Origin: Mobula hypostoma
Taxonomy: Eukaryota
Direction of reading: 5' to 3'
Length of the DNA stretch: 64,000 nt
NCBI RefSeq assembly: GCF_963921235.1
Contig: NC_086097.1
Coordinates: 177,074,001 to 177,138,000, forward strand
In this document: in pieces, positions 1 to 11,532 of the stretch
Numbering within the stretch: position 1 is the first letter of the stretch
Layout of the letters: each line of letters starts with the position of its first letter
Program-made: the position numbers and the translations under genes
Notes under the pieces: model-generated
Told to the model about the DNA's origin: nothing
The model's input: the letters and a program-made list of their open reading frames with translations, nothing else
The model's database searches: none

Positions 1-316
1 GTCCACTTTCCTCTCCTTTCAGATTCTATCAACTTCAGCTGTTTGTCACTTCCACCCATCACCTACCATCTTTTACATCAGACCCAGTTTCCCAGTCCCT
101 TACCCTCCTCACCTAGATCCACCTATCACTCAGTCCATCACTTGCTCCACGCCACCTTTTATATGTCTCCTCTTACCTTCCCATCCTGATGAAGGTTCTC
201 ATCTCAAAATCTCGACTGTCCATTTCCTTCAATAGAAGTTGCATGACCCGTGAGCATCTTCAGCTTCATGTGTGTGGCCCCAGATTTCCAGCATTTGCAG
301 AATCTCTTGTGTCTCC
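1..316 (+). mobile_element. Penelope-like element 3' end/pseudo-LTR fragment, degenerate
   Basis: Pyrimidine-rich tract, then a decayed hammerhead-like stretch (cctgatgaagg...ctcgactg, ~185-218) and the terminal gatttccagcatttgcagaatctcttgtgt, matching younger copies at 31040 and 50072. Confidence 0.7.
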
Positions 317-561
317 TGGTAATTGCTTTTAACTTTTGTCAGTATAATCAATATAACTACATCATATGAAAGTGAGGGAGGAAGATATGACAGAAAAATT
401 AAACAAATGTTTCATGTCCGTCTCCATGGAGACCCAAAAAGAACTTGTTATAAAAAAAGGCTTGTTACTTCCTTCCATCCAGCCAGTCTCTATGGAGCAT
501 TGCTTCAGAAAGGCTGTCAGTACTGTAAGGGTTACCTGCCACTTCTGTCATGCATCATAAC

Positions 562-883
562 TGTTAGGAGGCACTCCCAACCGCACCAGCTTGCAGGGCT
601 TAGCTGCTCTAAGTCTCCGGAGCGGAGATAGCTAAAGTGGCCACTTTAAGGGTTCAGGACGGTCCTGCTAATTGGCAATCATGTTTTGGGCACCATAAAC
701 TGAGTATTTAAAGAGCACCTGAACTGAGGTTCAATGCTCAATCATCAGACTTACTAGTGTTTTGTCCAGTATTTGTTTGTTTTGTGTTCAGTTCACTATC
801 CGGCTTGACACCATGTCTCAATCTTTGCTTCGGGTACTCCAGCATTTGGATCCAAACCATTCTTTTCAAGGACCCTCGTCACA
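562..883 (+). repeat. 5' LTR of the Gypsy element
   Basis: tgttagg...ctcgtcaca aligns along its length with 5518-6078 once the 3' LTR insertion is removed; TATA-like tatttaaa at 705-712. Confidence 0.93.
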
Positions 884-885
884 GT

Positions 886-895
886 ATGATTGGGC
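886..895 (+). promoter_or_regulatory. Putative self-priming primer-binding site
   Basis: atgattgggc just after the 5' LTR pairs with gctcaatcat (736-745) inside the LTR (10 bp, one G-U); no TGG-starting tRNA PBS next to the LTR. Confidence 0.7.
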
Positions 896-899
896 CAGT

Positions 900-1800
900 A
901 TGGACCCAGTGAGATATCAGAGTCTTTCATCTGCTGTGGCCAACCCAGCAAGAGGGGTACAGATAGAGCCTGGAGATACACGAGCTCCAGGTAGCCATTC
1001 GTCAACTTCCACAAGAAGGAAGTCAGAATCGCTCAGGCGAGCCAAAACATCTTTCAACTCTAGAGAGATTCAACAGTGACCCGAGTCCTTGCCATAGTTT
1101 CCTTATCCAATTCTCATTAGTGTTTGAACTCCAACCATCCTGGTTCCCTTTGGAGTATGGAAAGGTGGATTTCATTATCTATCTTCTGATTGGAAGAGCC
1201 CTGGGCTAGGCCACCATGTATTGGGATCGTAGCTCAGAGATTTGCTCAGATTTGGAGGAATTCATGGGTGCTATGAGGAAGGTGGTCCATCACTCTGACA
1301 GAGCCAGCCAAGCCTTGGACCGCCTGATGAAGTTTCGACAGGTTGGGAGGTCAACGGCCAACTACATGATTGAATTTCGGACTTTGGCCCAAGAGAGTGG
1401 TTGGAACGGGGAAGCTTTGGCCACTCTATAGCACCATGGACTCCAGAATGAACCGAAGGATGCCCTTGCCTTGGGAGAACCAGCAGAACTTAGAGATTCT
1501 AGTTGACCAGTCCATCCATCTCGATGATTGCCTGGCTGAGTGAGAGGAGGTCAAAGAGAGGTGGCCTGAGCCCAGTCCCAGCACATTGCAACTTCGCTCC
1601 ACAACTGCAGACCATGACCAATCTGCCCCCGCTCAAAATCCTGATGAGCCCATGCAGGTCAGCAGCACTAGACTCTCTGCCGATGAGATGTCCCAGCGTC
1701 AGAGTCGAGGTAGTTGCTTTTACTGTGGGGAAGCAGGTCACCTGCAGCTCGAATGTCCCAGACTGCAACAGACAGAAAACTGCACAGATTGGCCAGTGTC
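900..1800 (+). pseudogene. gag: Gypsy gag, frameshifted and interrupted by stops
   Basis: Starts MDP (ATG at 900); retrotransposon gag-like segment (FRQVGRSTANYMIEFRTLAQESGWNGEAL, ORF 1216-1431); EPMQV motif; CCHC knuckle CFYCGEAGHLQLEC at 1715-1756. Confidence 0.9.
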
Positions 1801-1879
1801 ATGACAGTAGCGACCACTACTCCCAATCCCAGGGATTCTGGTTTCGTGCCGAAGGTGGAGTTCGCCAGGGGTAAGAACT

Positions 1880-4800
1880 TAAGTCAGGTGAAGGCTTCGG
1901 TGGACTCTGAGGCACTGAGACTCTGAGAGAGTAATTTTCTGGATTTAGAAAGCGCCCGTTGGTTCGACATACCACTGTGAGAGTTCAGACAGTCCTCGCC
2001 TGCAACTGAATTGGCCGGTCACCCGCTAGGTTCCAGGCAGATCCAGCAAAAGACTGTAGTTTTGCAAATGAGGATAGGGATGATGTGGAAGATGTTAGTT
2101 TCTATATTAATGACTCGCCACTGATTCCACGATCCTCAAGTACTCTTGGCTGTCCTAGCATAACCCATCCATGGACTGGTGGGAAGGGAGAATCATTGAT
2201 TGGTCCTGTCATTGTAAGGGGGGTTTGTTGCGGCATGGTATTCTGCCACACAGACTCTCCCAAGATCAATGACCAATAACGGGGCAGCCTTCAGTGTAAG
2301 GTAACCTGAGACCTTATGGAGAACTAGCCCTGCCTTCAAGGATGGACACGAAGGTTCCAGCCAATGGCACTGTGCAAATCCTGACACTGTTGAGTCGAGA
2401 CCACCTCGAAACTAGAGGAAGGGGATCTCTAGTTCAGGAGAGGACCAAGGAGATGCCCAAGTGGTCTGAAAGATTTGCAACCAAGCTTAAGGAATCCACA
2501 ATCCAGCTGCCAGATCTCAAGGAAGAAAAAAGACTCCTTTATGCTGATCTTTGAAACCTATTTTCGGGGTGGGGGGGGGGAGTGGCAGCAAGGACCATCC
2601 ATAATGCCTCACTGCTATCACCTGAGGCTAGAGATGGAGATTTGGAATTTGAATTAGCCTGTTTCTACAAATGAGCTATGTGAGCCTAGGGAAAGGATTC
2701 TAAGGTCTGTCGAATCACCCCTGCCGCCTAGGAAGCCTCAGGGGTCATCCTTGAAGGAAGATCCAGAGGAGATAGCAACACCCAAACCAATTGAAATTCC
2801 TTCCATCTACAAGGACTTGGAGGCGGTCGTCCCCAAAGGAAAGACTTCAATTGTTCCTCCACACCAACCCTATGATTGTGCTATAGACCTGCTGCCTGGT
2901 ACTGGTCCTCCACTGGGCCAATTATACGTGCTCTAAGGCCCAGAGAGAAGCGCAATGGAAGAGTATATAAGGAGGCTCTTGCCATGGGCTTCATTCAGGC
3001 AGTCACTTCACTAGCCAGTGCAGGCTTCTTCTTTATACAAAAGAAAGATGGGAGCTTGTGGCCATGCATTGACTATAGGGGATTAAACCACATAACAGCC
3101 AAAGATTGTTACCCCTTTCCACTTCGTGATGCTCCAAGTGCATACAATTTGATCCATATAAGAGAAGGCGATGAGTGGAAGACTGCACTTGATACACCAA
3201 CAGAGCACTACGAGCGCCTGGTTATGTCCTTCGGCACTGCAAAAGCTCCAGCCGTTTTCCAAGCCTTTATAATGACGCGCTCCAGGATATTCACTTAAGT
3301 ATGCCTTCATCTACTTGGACGGTATCCTAATCTTCTCAAAGTCCATAGAGGAGCAAGTCATTTAGGTCAGTCGTTTAAAGAGGCTTCTGGACCATAGACT
3401 TTATGTCAAGTTGGAAAGTCCAAATTTCACATAATGACTGTTTCATTTTTTGGTTTCATCATCTCTAATGGCAATCTCAAGATGGACCCTACCAAGTCTC
3501 AGGAAGTCAGAGACTGGCCACTATCATCCAGTATCAAATAAGTCCAACAATTCCTGGGGTTTGCAAACTGCTACCGGAAATACAATAGGAACTTCAGCTC
3601 GATTGTAGCTCCACTGACAATGCTAATTAAGAAATCCATGGGCCCTTTTGTCTGGACTACTGAAGAAAAGGCCACTCTTACAGAGCTTAAACAGCAGCTC
3701 ACAACAGTTCCCATCTTGGTTTCTCCACACCCGGACCTTCCCTTCATCCTGGAGGTGGGTGTCTCAGACATCAGAGTAGGTGCTGTCTTGTCTCAACGAT
3801 AACTTTTGGACGTGGGCATTCTTCTCCAGGCAGCTCTCCCTGGCAAAGAGGAACTATGATGTCAGGAATCCACAGCTTCCTGCAGTTAAGTTAACTTTGG
3901 AGGAATTGCGTCACTGGTTAGAGGGGACCAAGAACCCTTTTATCATTTGGTCTGATGACAAGAACCTAGCTTATATTCAGGAGGCCAAGAGGCTGAACTC
4001 CAAAGAGGCCGGGTGGTATTTGTTCTTAAACCACTTTTATTTATCAATGAGGGTCAAAGAACCAGAAGCCAGATGCCTTGTCCCATCAATTTGACGAACC
4101 AGAACGAGAGGAGCAGCCGACCACCATTTTGCCCCAAGCCAGGATTGGTATTGCCAATTCATTTGGGAATCGACGCTCTTGTTCGCAAGGCCCAAGCGCG
4201 AGGGGTGATTGCTAAGAACAGTCGTCCCGGTCGTCTGTTTGCCCCAACTTCCATCCAGTCCCAGGTAATCCAATAGGGACACACATCGAGAATGACCACT
4301 CACCCATAGATTGGTAGGACTCTCGAGTTTATCAAGAAGAGGGACCAGTGGCCCGGAATGGCGAAGGAAGTATGGCAGTAAATGCAGGCGTGTAAGGAGT
4401 GAGTCCAGAACAAGGACCCCCATATCTGACCTCAAGGGCTCCTTCATCCCCTACCTGTTCCAGAAAGACCATAGGTGCAAGCCTCCATAGGTTTTGTCAT
4501 GTGCCTTCCACCATTCAAGGGGTAGTCAGTCATCATGGTAATTGTCAACCAGTTTTCAAAACCTGCAAGTTCATTGCCTTGGAGAAGCTACCATCTGCAG
4601 TGGAGATGGTTGAAATTGTCCTCAACCAGGTTTTCAGGATCCATACATTCCCAGTAGACATTGTTTCGGATTGTGATCCATAATTAGCATCACGTTTCTG
4701 GAGGGCGTTTTGTTAACTGATAGGGGCAACAGCAAGCCTTTACTTTGGGTTTCATCTGCAGTCCAACTGTCAAAAAGAATGGACTAGCCAAAATTTAGAT

Positions 4801-5445
4801 ACCTGGCCTCAGAAAGACCTGATGGGTAATGCAACCATTTGATGTGGGCAGAGGTTGTCCACAACACTTTACAGCACTTGACGCACAGGGTGTCACCATT
4901 TGAGTGCCATCTTGGTTATCCTCCACCTCTCTTCCCGCGAACAGGTGGCTGATGTTGGGGTCCCTGCAGCTGAAGATCCTATCCAATGCTGCAAGAGAGA
5001 CTACGGCAAGACAGATTTTGCTGGCCTTGACCCGGAAGACGGAGACCAAGGCCAACCGAAGGAGAAGACAGGGACCTGCTTTACAGCCTGGGCAATAAGA
5101 CTGGCTGTCCACTTGTGATTTGCCTCTCTGGATGGAATCTAAACAGTTGGTGCCCAAGTTCACTGGACCTTCAAAGGCCTGAGTAAAGTAAACCTAGTGG
5201 CTTATACTCTGCAGCTCCCAAGACCCTGAAGATCAATCCTACCTTCCACATCTCTATATTAAAACCTGTCGGCACCAGCACCTTAGCCCCACCACCATCA
5301 GCCCCGCTGTCACCCAGGTTCATCGATGGGGAACAGGTCTTCACGGTGAGACAACTTTTGGACTCACGTACTGTTCGGGGTGTTCAGCAATATCTTGTGG
5401 ACTGGGAAGGATTCGGACCCAAGGAGAGGTGCTGGGTCTGGCTCT
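1880..5445 (+). pseudogene. pol: Gypsy pol (protease, RT, RNase H, integrase, chromodomain), disrupted
   Basis: ASVDSEA (decayed DSGA protease site); [42 protein letters not shown] in place of YLDD at 3312-3323; RNase H RNYDV...LEELRHWLEG; integrase FPVDIVSD; chromodomain [28 protein letters not shown] (5346-5440). Confidence 0.93.
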
Positions 5446-5503
5446 CATCCACAACTACCATCGCTGCCTCTCCCAGCAGTCAGGGCCGTCAGGAGCTGGC
5501 TGT

Positions 5504-5514
5504 AGGAGAGGAGA
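5504..5514 (+). promoter_or_regulatory. Polypurine tract
   Basis: aggagaggaga 3 nt before the TG of the 3' LTR. Confidence 0.75.
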
Positions 5515-5517
5515 TCT

Positions 5518-6078
5518 TGTTACAAGATAGTCCCAACCACACCATCTTCCAGGATTTAGATGTTCTCACCTCTCCAGAGCAGAGATAGCTGGCATAGTCC
5601 CTTTAAGGGTTCAGGATGGTCCTGCTAATTGGAAATTGTGTTTTGGATGCCAAGAATTGAGTATTTAAAGAGCAACTGAACTGAGGTTCAGTGCTCCATG
5701 GGTGAGAGAGCACAAGTCCGGGTATTTTTAGCGTTTTTAAGGGGTATAGGGGTTTTTTTATAGAATATGACGAATAAACAGGAATAGGATATTAGGATGG
5801 TCAAAGATGGGAGGGTGAAGTGTAGGTTTGTATATGTATGTGTGTCTTCCGGAGCAGAGGGTGGCGGTAATGCACCATTAAGCTGGATGCCAACCGCCGT
5901 AAAACAAGATACAGACAGACAGACAGGTTCAGTGCTCAATCCTAAACCCTCCTAGAATTATCATCTAGCATTTGTTTTGTGCTCAGTTCTCAATCTAGTT
6001 TGATACCATGTCTTGATCCTTGCTTCAGATACTCCAGCATTTGGGTCCAAAACATCCTTGTTCAGGACCCTTGTCACA
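5518..6078 (+). repeat. 3' LTR of the Gypsy element, interrupted by a LINE insertion
   Basis: tgttacaag...cttgtcaca; homologous to 562-883 on both sides of 5697-5924. Confidence 0.92.
5697..5924 (+). mobile_element. 5'-truncated non-LTR retrotransposon 3' end, I/Nimb-like
   Basis: Perfect 13-bp TSD aggttcagtgctc (5684-5696, 5925-5937); ORF-end-like VRVFLAFLRGIGVF..RI*; 3' stem-loop ggcggt...accgcc; (acag)n tail. The clade call is from recalled similarity only. Confidence 0.75.
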
Positions 6079-6500
6079 ACAACTTGGTATGGCAACTGTT
6101 CCGCGCTTAACCACAAGAAGTTGCAGTGTTGTGGACACATCTCAGCAATTTATGGAAACCATCTTCCCCTCCTCTGTCCTCACTTTGCTGTCTTGGTAAA
6201 GCAGCTGGCATAATCAAAGACCGCACCCACCCTGAGCATTCTCTCTTCTCTCCTCTCCCATCAGGCAGAAGATACACAAGCTTGAAAGCATATACACTGG
6301 GCTCAAGGACAGCTTCTCCCTGTTGTTATATGACTATTGAATGGGCCCCTTGTAAAATAAGATGGACTCTTGTCCTCACAATCTACCCTATTATGGCCTT
6401 GCACCTTATTGTCTGCCTGAACTGCACTCTCTCTGTAACTGTTACACTTAGTTTGCACTTGGTTATTGTTTCAACTTGTACAACCTCAGTGCACCGAAAT
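6079..6500 (+). mobile_element. Rex1/Babar-type LINE 3' fragment (the Gypsy insertion target)
   Basis: tgcatc|ataac...ttggtatggcaactg continues across the Gypsy element; IIKDRTHPEHSLFSPLPSGRRY is the typical C-terminal motif. Confidence 0.8.
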
Positions 6501-6680
6501 GACCTGTACCTCAGAATAAGAGAAAATAATAAAGCAATTTACATTCTGGGAGAAGATACAGAAGCTTGAAAGTCTGGATAACAGCTCTTCCCCACTGCTC
6601 TCAGATTCCTGTATCGATCACCTTTCACATCTCCTTCCAGCTGGTGCTCCAACGTTCTGAAACCCTTAATACTACCTCTC

Positions 6681-7230
6681 CAACACACACAAGGTTCTGG
6701 AGGAACTCAGCATCTATGGAGAGGAATGAACTGTCAATGTTTCAGGCTCATGCCCTTCAACAGGTCTGGAAATGAGGAAGAAGCCGGAATAAGAAGGCGG
6801 TGGTAGGGGAGTACAAGCTGGCAGGTGATAGGTGAAGCCAGGTGAGAAGGAAGGTGGGTGGGTGGGAGAATGGGGACGAGGTAGCAAGCTGGCAGGTGAT
6901 AGGTGGAAGAGAAAAAGGGCTGAAGAAGAAGGAATCTGATAGCAGAGGGCAGTAGACCATGAGAGAAAGGGAAGGAGGATGGGCACCAGAGGGAAGTAAT
7001 AGGAGAGAAGAGATGTGGTAAGAGGGGAGTTGTAAAAGAGAGAACGGGGGAAAATACCAAGTTAGAGAGATCAATGTTCTTGTCATCAGGTTGGAGGCTA
7101 CCTCGATGGAATATGAGATTGTTGATCCTCCAACCTGAGAGAAGCTTCATTGTGGCAGTAAAGAAGGCTATGGACCTGCTGCGTTTCTGCAGCATTTTGT
7201 ATCTCGGATTTCCAGCATCTGCAGAACGCA
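6681..7230 (-). mobile_element. Penelope-like pseudo-LTR fragment with a short inverted terminal piece (7173-7230 on +)
   Basis: Purine-rich reverse complement of the PLE 3' region, followed by gacctgctgcg...gatttccagcatctgcag in the opposite orientation. Confidence 0.7.
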
Positions 7231-8605
7231 TGTGATTGTTCTACGTCTTTCATTTATTCCATTATTGTCAGTTTAGCATTTCTTTTTGCATACTTCATTT
7301 TGCACAATGACCTTTGCACCATTCTGTTGTTTTTGTTTCTCACTTGTCAATGTATTTATTAGTGCATTTGTTATCATGTACATTGTTTGCTCTGAGAGCT
7401 TCATGCCAACAAAGAATTTCATTACACCCTGGTGTAAATGATAGTAAACTAACCTAAATCAGAATAACAGGGTCAAATGTCTGGTGAGAATATGGAGCTG
7501 AAGGAAATTAGTATTTAGAAACATATAGAGGATAAGAAATAAGAAATTAGGAGTAGGGGTAGGCCACTCGGCCCCTCAAACCTGCCCCACCGAATGGGTG
7601 ATCATTGCTGAATCCAGGGAAAATTAGGGATGAACAACAATGCTGTCATTGCCAGAATGGTCTCACCTAGAGTCATAGAATAATTCAGCACTGAAACAGG
7701 CCTTTCAAGGCAATTGGCCGCGCCAGCCGAGATTCCCATCTAAGCTAGTCCAATTTACTCGTGTTGACCCACATCCCTTTGAAACTGTCCTTTTAATGAT
7801 TTTTTTTAATGTTGTTAATGTACTACTCATTCCATACATTGTCCATCCTAACTTTCCTCATAAATACTTTCTCCCTCATCTGAAGTGTATGGTCTTGATT
7901 CCCCAGCCCTGGGAAAGGGATTATTACATGCTCACCTTGTCTTTGCCCCTCATAAAGAAACAAAACAAACAATACAACTGGGGGAGGTAGGGTAAAGGTG
8001 TTCTTTTTTGGAGCAGGAATACAATAGGCAGGATGGCCTTTCTCACACTGAAAAATTGTTTGTTATGGTGTCATACCAGTGATTTGCTGCTTTTGGGTCA
8101 TTGGTTGTACTGACGGCAAGCATATAATGTTGAGCGTACAGATTGTCCAGGCTACTTGAGGCTCCGTCCATCTGTTGTACAATCCTGTAGCTTCATTGAG
8201 ACTGTCATGTACTAATGTGCTTAATACATGCATTAGTCTGCTTGTACTGCCTGTCGGCAGCATAATTACTCATTAAGGGAGGAGATGTGCAGCACATTAA
8301 AGGCTGCAAACATCATCATGACTATAATCAGCTCCCACTGCTCATAAGATTTGGTCAATGAAAATGCAGTACCATATTTTTGCTTATGAAGATCATAAGG
8401 GGAAAACTAAATCTCTAATCACTGTAGAACCCAACCTAGCAGTCATAGAGTTAAACAGCTCAAAATGGGCCCTACAGCCCATCATGTCTATGCTGCCTTG
8501 ATGGTAGCAATACAAAGAGCTCATGTACTGGGTAATGGGGGCCCTTAATGATAGGTGCTGAGTTTTTGAGGCATCACAAAGGGATCCTACCACAAAATAT
8601 ATAGT

Positions 8606-9410
8606 TACCCTCCCCCACGCCCTCCGCTTTCCACAGGGGTCGCTCCCTCCACTGTTCCCTTATCCATGCATCCCTCCCCACTAATGTCCCTCCTGGCACT
8701 TATCCCTGCAAATGGCCAAAGTGCTACATCTGCCCATTCACCTCCTCCCTCACCTCCATTCAGGGCCCCAAACAGTCCTTCCAGGTGAGGTAACACTTCA
8801 CCTGCCAATATGCTGGGGTGGTCTACCGTGTCCAGTGTTCCCAACACGACCTCATCTGCCTTGGTGAGACCTGTCGTAAATTGGGGGACCGCTTTGTCGA
8901 GCACCCCTGCTCCAACTTCTTAGCTGCCAAACATTTTAATTCTGATTCCTGTTCACATTCTGACATGTTGGTCTGTGGCCTCCTCCTGTGCCAACAAGAG
9001 GCCACCCTCAGTGTAGAGGGGCAACACTTTACTATATATTCATCTGGGTAGCCTCCAACATGGTGACACGAGTATCTATTTCTCCTTCCAATATATAAAG
9101 AAATTCACTCCCCAACCCCTCTAATTCTGTTCCTCACTCTGGTCTCTTATCTCTTCTCACCTGCCTATCACCACCCCTTGGGTCTCTTCCTCCTTCCCTT
9201 TCTCCCATGGTCCACTCTCCTCTCCTAGTAGATTCCTCCTTCTTTAGCACTTAACCTTTCCAACCCACCCAGCTTCACCTCTCACCTACTAGCAATTCTC
9301 TTTTCTCTCCCTCCACATTTTTATTCTGGCATCTTTCCCTTCAGTCCTGAAGAAGAGTCACCTTCCCAAAATGTCAACTGTTTATTCATTCGAGACTGCC
9401 TGACCTGCTG
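8606..9410 (+). mobile_element. Penelope-like element 3' part with decayed GIY-YIG endonuclease
   Basis: QGPKQSFQVR*HFTC...VVYRVQCSQHDLICLGETCRKLGDRFVEH (decayed VY..YIGET motif), then the pyrimidine-rich pseudo-LTR. Confidence 0.85.
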
Positions 9411-9414
9411 TGGT

Positions 9415-9900
9415 ATAGCAGCAGCAGAGCATCGGACTGGAAGTCCCTTCAAAGGAATGTGAGAATGGCCAAGAGGATCACAGGGGTCTCCCTACTATCC
9501 ATCGGGATATTTATCAGGAACGCTGTGTACGCAGGGCCCTTAGTATTAATAAAGATTCACCCATCCATCCAGCATCTTCTTTGACTTTCTACCTGTCTAC
9601 AGTGCATAAAAACAAGAAGAATCAAGATGTGAAACAGCTTCTTCCCACAGGCCGTTAGGCTTCTGAAATCCCTGTCACATCGTATTGAAAGTGTCACTGG
9701 TTAATTTGCACTGTACCCTACAATATTTAATTTATGTATCTTACTTTGTTTATCTATGTGTAATTCACTTGTAGATTTAATTCTTACTTTCCAAACTCAT
9801 TGTGTGTTATGTGCAGTACTGTGCTTTACATCCTGGTCTGGAGAAACGTTGTCTCATTCTGTGGTACACATGTAAATAGTTAAATGACAATAAACTTGAC
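9415..9900 (+). mobile_element. Rex1/Babar-like LINE 3' fragment, separate subfamily
   Basis: C-terminal coding remnant ending aacagcttcttcccacaggccgttaggcttctgaa, then an AT-rich 3' UTR ending gacaataaacttgac. Confidence 0.6.
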
Positions 9901-10011
9901 CTGATTCTTGGGTTAAGAAAAAGGAGGTGCAGAGCAGATATAGGCAGGCAGGAACAAATGAGGTACTTGAGGAGTATTAAAAATGCAAGAGAACACATAA
10001 GAAGGAAATCT

Positions 10012-11010
10012 ACCTTCTTGTGTAATTGGATCCTGGATTTCCTTACTTGTAGACCCCATTCAGTTTGGGTTGGCAATAAAATCTCGTCCACAATCTCCAT
10101 CAACACAGGTGCACCACAGGGCTGTGTGCTCAGCCCCCTGCTGTACCCACTTTACACTTATAACTGTGTCGCAATGCACAGCTCCAATGCCATATTCAAG
10201 TTTGCTGACGCCATCACTGTTGTGGGGGGGATCAAAGGTGGTGATGAATCAGCATATTGGAGGGAGATTGAAAATCTGGCAGAGAGGTGTCATAACAACA
10301 ACCTCTTTCTCAATGTCAGCAAGACCAAGGAACTGATTGTAGACTACAGGAGAGGTAAACCAGAGGTCCATGAGCCAGTCCTCATCAAAGGATCAGAAGT
10401 GGAGTGGATTAACAACTTTAAATTCCTGGGTGTTACTATTTCAGAAAACCTGTCCTGGACCCATCACGTTCTGGTATGGAAATGCCAATGCCTTTGAATG
10501 GAAAATCCTACGAAAGGTAGTGCATTTGGCCCAGCACATCACAGGTAAAACCCTCCCAACTACTGAGCACATCTACATGAAAGGCAGCTGTAGAAAAGCA
10601 GCAACGATCATCTGAGATCCTCACCACCCAGGCCATGCTCTCATCTCGCTGCTTCCATCAGGTAGAAGGTACAAGTTCCTCAGGACTTACACCACCAGGG
10701 TCAAGAACAGTTACTACCCCTCAACAATCAGGTGCTTGAATAAAAGGGGATAACTACACTCAGTTGCCCCAACCAATGATCTCACTTTAAGGACTCTTTA
10801 TCTTGTTTGCTCATGTTCTCATTATTCATTGCTATTTATTTATTGCTGCTCATTTATATCTGCATTTGCACAGTTTGGTGTCTTCTGCACTCTTGTTGAT
10901 CTTTCATTGACCCTGTTATAGTTCTACAGATTAGCTAAGTATGACCACAGAAAAATGAATCTCCGGGTTGTATATGTGTACTTTGATAATAACATTTACT
11001 TTGAACTTTA
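10012..11010 (+). mobile_element. Rex1/Babar-type LINE, 5'-truncated (RT C-half plus 3' UTR)
   Basis: [10 protein letters not shown]...[14 protein letters not shown]...KFADA...[15 protein letters not shown]...[14 protein letters not shown]; tail tttactttgaacttt. Confidence 0.9.
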
Positions 11011-11532
11011 GTAGACAATGTAAAGGAGAAACCTAAGGGCTTCTACAGATAAATTAAGAGCAAAAGGATAGCAAAGGACAAAGTGGGTACTCTGGAAGAT
11101 CAGAATGATAATCTATGTGTGGAGCTGAAAGAGATGAGGGGAGATCTTAAATGGATATTTTGCATCTGCATTTACTCAGGAGATGGATACAGAGTCTGTA
11201 GATGCGAAGCAATGCAGCAGTGAGGTCACGGACATTGTAGAGATTACAGAGGAAGAGGTGTTTGCAGTCTTTAAGCAAATTAGGGTGGATAAATCCGGAG
11301 GGTCTGACAAGGTGTTCCCTCAGACCCTGTAGGAGGCTAGTGCAGAAATTGCAGGGGCCCTAGCAGAGATGTTTAAATCATCCTTAGCCACAGGCGAGGT
11401 GCCAGAGGGTAGCTAAATATTGTTCCATTGTTTAGTAAGGACTCTAGGAATAAGTATTGGAATTATAGGCCAGTAAGCCTGACCAGTAGTGGGGAAAGTT
11501 GTTTGACGATATTCCAAGAGACTGTATATATA

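Larger units (their letters stand above)
562..6078 (+). mobile_element. Full-length decayed Gypsy LTR retrotransposon, chromovirus (Tf1/sushi-like)
   Basis: TG...CA LTRs at 562-883 and 5518-6078; flanks ataac (557-561) and acaac (6079-6083) form a 5-bp TSD with one mismatch; domain order gag-PR-RT-RH-IN-chromodomain; PPT before the 3' LTR. Confidence 0.95.

Noticed and set aside
900..5445. Domesticated sushi-derived gene (PEG10/RTL-like)
   Set aside because: Many stops and frameshifts, a mutated RT active site and retained LTRs indicate neutral decay.
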